Shown here piece after piece: positions 37,101 to 44,564 of a DNA stretch of 50,318 nucleotides. Source of the DNA: an uncultured Actinomyces sp. (GTDB lineage Bacteria > Actinomycetota > Actinomycetes > Actinomycetales > Actinomycetaceae); contig USPB01000001.1 of assembly GCA_900556405.1 (NCBI GenBank), positions 1-50,318 of the forward strand, written 5' to 3'. Both the position numbers and the translations under genes were made by a program. Position 1 is the stretch's first letter. Each line of letters begins with the position of its first letter. The notes under the pieces are model-generated. The model saw only the letters and a program-made list of their open reading frames with translations, made no database searches and was not told where the DNA came from.

Positions 37101-40100
37101 CACCGACACAGTCGCCGGGTCCGTATCGACCGACAGGGCGTCACCATCCGCGTCCAAGTCGTTGCTCAGGACGTTGACACTCACCTCGCGTCCCGGTCGA
37201 ATCGTCACCGAGTCAGGCACGGCCGTCGGGTTGTGGTTCTGTGATCCCGGGGGCGCAATACCAACGCGCACACGGGCGCGCCCCTGCACGCCGAGGCGGT
37301 CCTCGACAATGTAGGAGAACGTGTCCGTACCGGTCGCGTCGTCGGAGGGCGTGTACTCCAGCCACTCCGTCCCCAGCACGACGCTGCCCTTGGCGGGCGG
37401 CTGGTCAATGCCGACCAGAGCGACCGAGTCGCCGTCCGGGTCGATGCCGGTGAGCGGCACGGGGATGCGCGTCATCTGGCCCTGAACGGCCCACGCGCTC
37501 AGCGCCTTGGGAACGGGGGCACTGTTCGCGTCGGAAGCCGCCACGACCTCGAACGTCACAGTCGACGTCGCGCGGTTACCCACCGAATCAACGACCGTGT
37601 ATGCCACGCGCACGACGCCGGGCTCGGTACCCGCAGCCAAGCGCACCTGGTTGCCAGTCACGAAGACCGTACCCAGCTCGCCACCCGACATGACCTGCAC
37701 GCTCGGGTCAACGTTGAGCGACAGACCGATCGGCGACCGGTCATTCGACAGGACAGCAACCGAACCAATGTCGCCCGCGCGCACCTTGGCGGTATCAGGA
37801 TTCGCCTCGGGCGGCGTTTCCTCGCTCTGGGCCTCCGTCGGGATGACGCTCACCTGAGCGGTCGCGGAACCCGCGCCGTTGGACACCGTGTATGTAAACG
37901 CGGTGACGTCGCTCAAGCCCGCAGGTGCCGTAATGCGCAGCAAGTGACGCTCAATGAGGGTTACCTCGAGGCCCGAGTTCGCAGGCACATCAATCGACTG
38001 GACGACGAGCACACCACCCGAAGGATCCGTGTCATTCGCCAGCGGCGCAATCAGCGAAGCGCCACCGCTGGGCAACACCGCCAGGTCATCCTCGGCGATC
38101 GGCACCGCATTCGTATCGTCGGCGACCACGTCGACGCGGATGACTCCCACAGTCGTTGACGGTCCGTCAGAGATCGTGTAGGTGAACTGGAAGGAGCCCG
38201 GAACCGACCCCGTGAACGTCAGCGTGCCGCGCGACAGGTCGGCGCTCACAGACGTACCCGCCGGGGGTGTGCCCGCCGCAACGAGATTCAGCGTATCGCC
38301 ATTGGGATCCGTGTCATTCTCGACCGGGTCGATCGTCAGCGGTTCGCCCACGCGTGCCACGTAAAAGTCCGCGCGCGCGATGGGCGGCACGTTGCCGCTC
38401 TCCTGCACGCTCACCTGCAGCTCGCCCGTGGTCTCCGCGTGCCCATCTGACATGGTGACGGCGATCGCCTTGACGCCCGCGCCGGAACCCAGGTCGCGGA
38501 TCTGAACTGTCCCGTCCTCAGAGAACTGCACGGCCATGCCGTCGGGAGCCGTCGCCGACTTCAGGTAGAACTGGTCTCCATCGGGATCAATCCAGTCCGA
38601 CAACAGGTTGTACTCCACCTGCGCGTTCGCGCCAACCTTGACAACCGGGTGCTTGAGCTGACGCGGACCCTCGTTCTGGCTCCACGGATGAATCGTCACA
38701 TTCACCGTCGCCGTCGCACCCGCGAGGCCGTCCGAGGCCTCGTACGTGAAAGACGTCGACCCGCTCGTCAGAGACTCCGGAATGTCCGTGATCTGTAGGG
38801 CGCGCCCGCCCCTCGTGCGCACGACCGTCCCGAACTCCGGGTTCGTCAGGGCGCGCGCCGTCAGCACGTCGCCGTCATCATCCGAGTCGTTGTCGAGGAC
38901 CGGCAGGAGCGTCGAACGACCCGGACGGATGCCGAAGTCATCGTCGACGGCCTCGGGCGGAGTGTTCTTATCGTTGTGCTCCGGCTCGGAGACCTGCTCG
39001 CGATCATCAGGAGTCGGAGTATCTTCTTCCTCCTGCTCCTCGGTGGGGATCTGATCCCAGTTGTCGACGACAACCATGTTCTTGTCCGGCAGCCACAGCG
39101 TGCCCGTCGACACATCATTGAGGACGATGCGCGTGCGGTTCGTCCGGAAAACGGCGGACGTGGCCTCGGCGAGCGTGGGCACCATCTGCGCCTGGTTGCG
39201 CGTCGAATCCGTGCAGGTGCGCACGAAGGCGCCCGAACCCGCCCACGCACCGTAGGAGCAGCCGCCGTGGAAAACCGGGGGTGCGGGCGTGCCCTTCTGA
39301 CCGCCGTCCGAGGCCGGCTGACGGTCCACCGACTTGCCGTTCAGGGAGACAGCCACGAGCTCGGCATCGGTGGCCAGCAGGACGGAGGACGCATCGTCGC
39401 CGGGCGCCTGCAGGACCGCGCCGGTCACGTGCTCCTCGGCGAGGTCGCGTACCTTGCCACCGGGCAACACCAGCTTGTTACCGGCCTGGTCGTAGATGAC
39501 GGGCTTGTCACCGACCGCGGTGATCGTCGGTGTTCCGGCCGGAGTGAAATCCTTGATCTCCGTGGTCTTTGCGCGCCAAGCCTGGCCTTCTCGCGTGAGC
39601 GTGACCAGCTTGGAGGACCCGGGAGAATATGCGAAGACCGTCCCCGCGACCGACACCGTGACGACCCCGTCGCTCAGGTCGTTCGCGATTGCATCCTCGC
39701 GCACGAGCGACATGGAAGCCGGTTCGTTGGCGTCACCAACCCACAGCAGGCCCTCGTTGGGGTCGAGGACGGCCAACACGGACCCGCCCTGGACCTGGAC
39801 CGCGTTGTCGGGCAGCGTGATCGCCTGGCCCAGCGAGAAGGACGTGGAGCGCACGGGGGTTACCGTACGGCCCACTGTTTCCCCCAGCGTCACGTCGCCG
39901 CCGGCCTGCCCGATGTCGAAGGACGCTGACTTGACAGACACCGTGCCGTCGAGCATGAGCGCGTCATAGTTGAGGTGGCCCAGGAGCTTGCGATCCTGGT
40001 TCGTCACCCAGATACCGCCGTCATCGACGCTGACCTGGGTGACCTCGACGCCGCGGTAGACCACGGCGAGAACGCACAGCATCGCTGACACCAGCAGGAC

Positions 40101-40157
40101 GGCGATTGCGGGCATCCGCTTCGACCAGGTGTTTCGCGATTGACGCGCCTTGTTCAT
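34119..40157 (-). CDS. Large surface protein with cadherin-like/Ig (tandem-95/Big_9-type) repeats and C-terminal fibronectin type III domains
   Basis: 2012 aa; N-terminal signal/anchor then DDGGIWVTN; repeated PxAxxD...NDxDxDGD units; Fn3 motifs (WVKPGNSGSAIHTY, GLKNGELYSVSVQALN). Confidence 0.9.
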   Translation of the reverse strand: MNKARQSRNTWSKRMPAIAVLLVSAMLCVLAVVYRGVEVTQVSVDDGGIWVTNQDRKLLGHLNYDALMLDGTVSVKSASFDIGQAGGDVTLGETVGRTVTPVRSTSFSLGQAITLPDNAVQVQGGSVLAVLDPNEGLLWVGDANEPASMSLVREDAIANDLSDGVVTVSVAGTVFAYSPGSSKLVTLTREGQAWRAKTTEIKDFTPAGTPTITAVGDKPVIYDQAGNKLVLPGGKVRDLAEEHVTGAVLQAPGDDASSVLLATDAELVAVSLNGKSVDRQPASDGGQKGTPAPPVFHGGCSYGAWAGSGAFVRTCTDSTRNQAQMVPTLAEATSAVFRTNRTRIVLNDVSTGTLWLPDKNMVVVDNWDQIPTEEQEEEDTPTPDDREQVSEPEHNDKNTPPEAVDDDFGIRPGRSTLLPVLDNDSDDDGDVLTARALTNPEFGTVVRTRGGRALQITDIPESLTSGSTSFTYEASDGLAGATATVNVTIHPWSQNEGPRQLKHPVVKVGANAQVEYNLLSDWIDPDGDQFYLKSATAPDGMAVQFSEDGTVQIRDLGSGAGVKAIAVTMSDGHAETTGELQVSVQESGNVPPIARADFYVARVGEPLTIDPVENDTDPNGDTLNLVAAGTPPAGTSVSADLSRGTLTFTGSVPGSFQFTYTISDGPSTTVGVIRVDVVADDTNAVPIAEDDLAVLPSGGASLIAPLANDTDPSGGVLVVQSIDVPANSGLEVTLIERHLLRITAPAGLSDVTAFTYTVSNGAGSATAQVSVIPTEAQSEETPPEANPDTAKVRAGDIGSVAVLSNDRSPIGLSLNVDPSVQVMSGGELGTVFVTGNQVRLAAGTEPGVVRVAYTVVDSVGNRATSTVTFEVVAASDANSAPVPKALSAWAVQGQMTRIPVPLTGIDPDGDSVALVGIDQPPAKGSVVLGTEWLEYTPSDDATGTDTFSYIVEDRLGVQGRARVRVGIAPPGSQNHNPTAVPDSVTIRPGREVSVNVLSNDLDADGDALSVDTDPATVSVSDPAATVTVAQDAVTVKAPAADGVFVVAYQIQDGRGGRAQGQLTVTVDADAPLRAPIARDDVVSVADLPADSKPVSVPVLVNDEDPDGTTAALTVSAQGSGVSVSGQNLSISPDARRRLVVYTVTDPDGLSASAVVTVPGTDLLAPRLDMTRIPVAIRAGSSVTLDIGDYVLVRDHSRSPIITDAASVKFNGGLDSVSLQDPTHLVVSAPDTASGKASLSFTVRDGASDDASALSSTLTIPVTIQPARNLPPRLTPTPILVGQGEAVTVDLTQMVDDPDDQAKGSFTYAVVKAPGGVDVSLDGFNLTVTGKKDQPKGPVGAITVSVDDGSGAVNADIPVTIVKSSKPLVTTTDARIKVNAGQTANVNLAEYTTNPFTEPLVVLDASVHVGQGTASGDGNVLSVTPKAGFHGDMIVVYRVMDATNDPDRIVQGRVIVKVLDRPDPPENVSVTPMGAGTAFVSFQPGAANGGTISGYTITDRNSGRTFTTRDPGVQVTGLENGVKHSFTVVAHNEAGDSDPSTASAEVLIDAAPEQMAAPTVVGVDGALDISWVKPGNSGSAIHTYMVFVNLPSGGQPISQSVSGSENSIRIGGLKNGELYSVSVQALNNAETPSPPSSPTASYPHGAPDPASNVSAVPVGAGSDPNRATVEVSWSLGNSNGRGWGPTTVTAGGVTETAGPGQTSVTLSGVQTGRGVPVSVVLTNSDGDQAGAGYAQVSIATTPAPISAPTLSGTNTPGELRVSGLSIATGRGFDASDLTLRYSSSENGCGSGQPISDGMIVPSNGWAPTTYYFCQTGIGLNNTLAVSPVVAATGTATGAPSEVGVRITNVNSTSLTVQWDPVGANPAVSEIRVSLGGQTKTVPGNATEVTFSDLAQGTHYQASVTAVNAVAPKTMSQHPDSVTKLDVSAQWVQTCRGDERGFNPASCHTFTLSAPGWSGSSVPFVCPVRNDRTNGTEWVRVDGAGPIWTRLTTQADSEDAFKQGSYLTGECRPE

Positions 40158-40545
40158 GTCGCTTCCTCAGTCTTCATGTGCGCACTGTTGTGGGGCGGTA
40201 TCTGTATCCGTGTGGCCATGGTGAGCCATTCCAAGGATACACATCGACCAACCCTATGGATAAACGCCCGAGACAACAACAGGTACCGAATAAGCGCACG
40301 CGCGTGGCGGCTCGTTCGCGCGGCGTTCCCGCGCTTCCCGGGCGCGCGAGAACCTGACCACAGTCACGTATTTGGATGCTCGTTCTCGTTCGACGAGGCC
40401 GGGGACGGCCCTTTCCGTTCACGGGTCCTACGCGCACGGTCCCTACGCGCTCGACGCACGTCGTTGCGCCCCTCGGCCCGCACACCTGCGGCCTTCTTCG
40501 CGCGCGCGAACCGCAGATGAGGGTGGGTCGGGTTACGGTGAGTGC

Positions 40546-41931
40546 ATGGCGAAAGAGAAGATCACGTACCGCTGCTCCGACTGCGGGTGGACCTCCCCCA
40601 AGTGGGTGGGCCAGTGCCGCGAGTGCGGGGCGTGGGGCACGGTTGACCAGGCCGGCGAGGTCACGGGGGGCGCGCGCACCACCGCCACCACCCCGCGGCG
40701 TCCCGCGCTGCCTATCGGCGAGGTCGACGGGGAGCGGGCTTCGTCGCGGTCGACGGGCGTGGGCGAGCTGGACCGGGTCCTGGGCGGCGGGATCGTGCCC
40801 GGAGCAGTGATTCTCCTGGCAGGCGAGCCCGGCGTGGGCAAGTCGACGCTGCTCCTGGACGTCGCTGCGAAGGCCGCGCGCACGGCCGCGGCGGGCGGGC
40901 GCGGCCCCGTCCTCTACGTGACGGGCGAGGAGTCGGCGGCGCAGGTGCGCGGGCGCGCGGAGCGCATCGGCGCGCTCGAGCCGAACCTCCTCATCGCGGA
41001 TGAGACGGAACTCGGCGTCGTCCTCGGGCACGTCCAGGAGGTCTCCCCCTCCCTGCTGATCGTCGACTCCGTGCAGACCATCTCCTCCTCCCAGGTCGAG
41101 GGCGGGGCGGGCGGGGTCGCGCAGGTGCGCGCGGTCGCGGCATCCCTCATCCGTGTCGCCAAGGAGTCCGACCTGCCCACCCTGCTCGTCGGCCACGTGA
41201 CGAAGGACGGCGGTATCGCGGGCCCGCGCGTGCTCGAGCACCTCGTGGACGTCGTCTGCCAGTTTGAGGGCGACCGCCATTCGCGCCTGCGCCTGCTGCG
41301 CGCGGTGAAAAACCGTTACGGTCCCACCGACGAGGTGGGCTGCTTCGAGCTGACCGACTCGGGGATCTACGGCCTCGCCGACCCCTCCGGCCTGTTCCTG
41401 TCGCGCACGACGCGCGGCGTGCCCGGCACGTGCGCGGCCGTCTCTCTGGAGGGGCGCCGCCCGCTGCCCACGGAGATCCAGTCGCTCGTCGCCCCCTCCT
41501 CGGGCGGCTCGCCGCGGCGCACCACGTCGGGCGTGGACCACGCGCGCGTCGCCATGATCCTGGCGGTCCTCCAGGCCCGCATCGGCGCAGACACGTCGGG
41601 GGCGGACGTCTACGTCTCCACGGTCGGCGGGGCCCGCACGGTTGAGCCGGCGATCGACCTCGCGATGGCCATCTCGATCGTGTCCTCGCTCAAGGGCGTT
41701 CCCCCTCGCGCCGACCTCGTGGCGGTCGGAGAGATCTCCCTGACGGGCGAGGTCCGGGCGTGCACGGGCACTCAACGTCGCCTCGCCGAGGCCGCACGCC
41801 TGGGCTTCTCCTCGGCGATCGTTCCCGCTCAGGGCAGCGAGGATCTCGCCGGCGTCGACGGCATCACCGTCTTTACTGTGTCGGATCTGGCGACGGCTAT
41901 TCGTGTCGCTTTCCCGGCAGACTCGCAATAA
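40546..41931 (+). CDS. radA: DNA repair protein RadA/Sms
   Basis: C4 zinc finger CSDCG...CRECG, Walker A GEPGVGKS, KNRYG motif, Lon-like C-terminus. ATG 40546 lies 6 nt after a TACGGT -10 (leaderless-type). Confidence 0.97.
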   Translation: MAKEKITYRCSDCGWTSPKWVGQCRECGAWGTVDQAGEVTGGARTTATTPRRPALPIGEVDGERASSRSTGVGELDRVLGGGIVPGAVILLAGEPGVGKSTLLLDVAAKAARTAAAGGRGPVLYVTGEESAAQVRGRAERIGALEPNLLIADETELGVVLGHVQEVSPSLLIVDSVQTISSSQVEGGAGGVAQVRAVAASLIRVAKESDLPTLLVGHVTKDGGIAGPRVLEHLVDVVCQFEGDRHSRLRLLRAVKNRYGPTDEVGCFELTDSGIYGLADPSGLFLSRTTRGVPGTCAAVSLEGRRPLPTEIQSLVAPSSGGSPRRTTSGVDHARVAMILAVLQARIGADTSGADVYVSTVGGARTVEPAIDLAMAISIVSSLKGVPPRADLVAVGEISLTGEVRACTGTQRRLAEAARLGFSSAIVPAQGSEDLAGVDGITVFTVSDLATAIRVAFPADSQ

Positions 41932-41967
41932 TAGGTATCACACCTACTCGTCTGGGAGGAAACCACA

Positions 41968-43038
41968 TTGACGTCCGATGCAGCGATCCTTCGCGAGGCA
42001 CTGCGCGCAGTCGCGCCCGGTACGCCATTGCGAGAGGGACTGGAACGAATCCAGCGCTCCCACACGGGCGCCCTCATCGTCCTGGGATACACCCCCGAAG
42101 TCCAAGCCATCTGCTCGGGCGGCTTCGACCTCGACGTCGCTTTCACGGCCGCGCGCCTGCGTGAGTTGTGCAAGATGGACGGTGCCGTCATCATCGATCC
42201 CGACCTGTGGCGCATCCGCAAGGCCAACGTGCAGCTCTTCCCGGACCCCACGATTCCCACCGACGAGTCCGGCATGCGCCACCGCACCGCGCAGCGCACC
42301 GCCCGTCAGACCCACCTGCCGGTCCTGTCCCTGTCAGCGTCGATGCGCATGATTTCCATCTACGTGGGCACCGAGCATCGCCTGGTGGAGGAGCCCGAGG
42401 CCCTGCTCTCGCGCGCCAACCTGGCGGTGGATACGCTTGACCGCTACAGTCAGCGCCTCGACGAGGTCCTGCAGACCCTCACCATCCTCGAGATGCGCGA
42501 CAGCGCGACCGTGCGCGACGTCGCCACCGTCATGCAGCGCATGGAGATGATCCGGCGCATCACCTCCGAAATCACGGAATACCTGGAGGAGCTCGGCTCC
42601 GAGGGGCGCCTGCTGGCCCTGCAAGTCGAGGACCTCGTGCGCGGCTCCGCGTCCGAGCGGGCCCTCGTCATGCGCGACTACATCCGCGACCCCGACGACG
42701 TCGCCCGCGTCGAGGCCGAACTATCCTCCCTGGGGTCCGAGCGCATCGTGGACCTCACCGCGATCGCGAACATCCTCGGGCTGGACGTGTACGAGGTCGC
42801 GGACCTGGACCGCGAGATCACGCCGCGCGGCGTGCGCGCCCTCTCCCTGGTCCCCCACCTGTCGTGGAGCGCCATCAAGGAGGTGTCCGCGCACATCACG
42901 ACGCTGCCGGCACTGCGCGCCGCCACCACCGAGGAGCTGGAAGCCATCGAGGGCATCGGCCCCTACCGCGCCAAGCTCATCACCGAGAACCTGGCGCACC
43001 AGGCGCAGGCCGTCAGTTCCGGCCTCGTCGGCTGGTAG
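41968..43038 (+). CDS. disA: DNA integrity scanning diadenylate cyclase DisA
   Basis: APGTPLREGLERI, KMDGA and GMRHRTA catalytic motifs, C-terminal HhH (IEGIGPYRA); follows radA. Confidence 0.97.
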   Translation: MTSDAAILREALRAVAPGTPLREGLERIQRSHTGALIVLGYTPEVQAICSGGFDLDVAFTAARLRELCKMDGAVIIDPDLWRIRKANVQLFPDPTIPTDESGMRHRTAQRTARQTHLPVLSLSASMRMISIYVGTEHRLVEEPEALLSRANLAVDTLDRYSQRLDEVLQTLTILEMRDSATVRDVATVMQRMEMIRRITSEITEYLEELGSEGRLLALQVEDLVRGSASERALVMRDYIRDPDDVARVEAELSSLGSERIVDLTAIANILGLDVYEVADLDREITPRGVRALSLVPHLSWSAIKEVSAHITTLPALRAATTEELEAIEGIGPYRAKLITENLAHQAQAVSSGLVGW

Positions 43039-43041
43039 ACC

Positions 43042-43983
43042 CTAGCGGCCCGACTGGGTTCCCGACTGCGGGCCGGATTGGGCTCCCGACTGCGGGGCGG
43101 GCACGGGAGTCACGTCGACGACGGTCGAGCCGACCTCGCGCGTACCCATCGTGACCGCGACCTTGTACGTCCCCGCAGACGCGGCGCTCGCCCCACCGGC
43201 CGGGGTCGTGCAGCCGTTTGTGTACACGTAGCCATCCCAGCGCAGGGCGCCGGTCCACGTGGCGCCCGGGCGCAGCAGCAGGGTCGTCGACGACTGTTGG
43301 TCCTCACCGCACTTCGCCGAGTTGTAGACCTGCAAGTCACCCGTCGAAATCTGCAGCCCGAAGCGGGACAGGGACGTCGCGCAGGCGACCGAACCGCGGT
43401 TTTCGAGCGTGAGAGTCACGGGCATCGCCGACCCCGACGAGGTCGCGGATGCCTTCGCCGTGGCCGTGATGTCGCGATCCAGGCAGGTGGGAATATCGAT
43501 TGTCGTGCCGTCGGTGAGCAGGCCGTCGGCCGTGGCCTCCTGGCCGCCCTTGAGGGTGTAGCCGGACGCGTCCACCGCGCCTGACTGAACGGCGGATTGG
43601 GGGCTGGACTGCGAGGCGGGATCGGCGCTCACGGCTCCGATGATCGCGCGGATCCCAGCGACGATGCCCCACACGAGAAGCGCGAGGATGAGGATCAGCC
43701 CGAGGCCCGTGATGATGCGCCGCGGCCACAGGTTGACGGGCGGACGGCCACCGCCCGACGCCTTCTTCTGACGGGGTGCCTTCGCCGCACCGGGGCGACC
43801 CGCCGGGGAAGCACTCCCCCGCTTCGCGGATGCGGAGGCCTTCGAGGCGGCCGGACGAGCAGCGGAAACGCGGCTACCAGCTGCCGCGCGGGACGCGCGA
43901 TCGCCGACGCGACCAGTAGCACCTCCCGGCGCGCTACGCCTGGAGGTGGGTCGCCTGGGGGAATTCTTACGCTGGTCAGCCAC
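43042..43983 (-). CDS. Conserved membrane protein (basic N-terminus, one TM, Cys-containing extracellular domain)
   Basis: TM IITGLGLILILALLVWGIVAGI; C...TLTLENRGSVAC...W.G...GTY domain. The position convergent on disA matches common actinobacterial synteny. Confidence 0.75.
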   Translation of the reverse strand: MADQRKNSPRRPTSRRSAPGGATGRVGDRASRAAAGSRVSAARPAASKASASAKRGSASPAGRPGAAKAPRQKKASGGGRPPVNLWPRRIITGLGLILILALLVWGIVAGIRAIIGAVSADPASQSSPQSAVQSGAVDASGYTLKGGQEATADGLLTDGTTIDIPTCLDRDITATAKASATSSGSAMPVTLTLENRGSVACATSLSRFGLQISTGDLQVYNSAKCGEDQQSSTTLLLRPGATWTGALRWDGYVYTNGCTTPAGGASAASAGTYKVAVTMGTREVGSTVVDVTPVPAPQSGAQSGPQSGTQSGR

Positions 43984-44087
43984 GCATCCACGATACCGGG
44001 CGCGGGGCGCGGGGCGCGGCTAACGCTCGGGACGGGGGCGACTTTCACACGAGGCGGCCGCCCCGACGCGCTGTGCCGAACGAGCGA

Positions 44088-44564
44088 TCAGGCGGCCGCG
44101 CTGCGCTTGGAGGACGTCGATCCCTCGTCGTCGGGGTTGATGACGCACCAGCGTTCGATAACGACCGCGATGATCGTCCAGACCATGCCGACGAGTCCGG
44201 ACAGGCCCGACCCGATCGCGTTGGCCAGCATCACGGGTGCTTCGAGCTGCATGAGAGACACGGCCATGACGCCGATGAGAATTCCGGTCAGGCCGGAGCC
44301 GACGAGGGCGCTCGTGCGCGCGAAGACTGCGACGCGCATCGCCCCGATCGCGTCGATCCACGTGTCCTTGCCCGCGCGCAGGCGGCGCACCGCCAGGCCG
44401 GACCAGATGAGGCAGGCCGTGGCAATCGCAAAGATGACCGCGGGTCCAGGGGTGACGATCATCGGGGTGCCGCCCTGGCGCATGTGCGCGAGGAAGCCGA
44501 GGAAGCTCAGGCCGGCGGCCACGAAGCCCACCGCCACCACCCACAGGATCGACACGGGTTTCAT
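44088..44564 (-). CDS. DUF3180-family membrane protein
   Basis: Four TMs, ARTSALVGS and IERWCVINPDD end; directly follows folK, as usual in actinobacteria. Confidence 0.85.
   Translation of the reverse strand: MKPVSILWVVAVGFVAAGLSFLGFLAHMRQGGTPMIVTPGPAVIFAIATACLIWSGLAVRRLRAGKDTWIDAIGAMRVAVFARTSALVGSGLTGILIGVMAVSLMQLEAPVMLANAIGSGLSGLVGMVWTIIAVVIERWCVINPDDEGSTSSKRSAAA

Noticed and set aside
4470..40545. Integrative element or prophage carrying the T7SS island
   Set aside because: No integrase, transposase, tRNA att site or terminal direct repeats seen, and composition is broadly like the flanks.
40158..40545. LexA/SOS box upstream of radA
   Set aside because: No TCGAAC-N4-GTTCGA-type palindrome found, only an isolated half-site.
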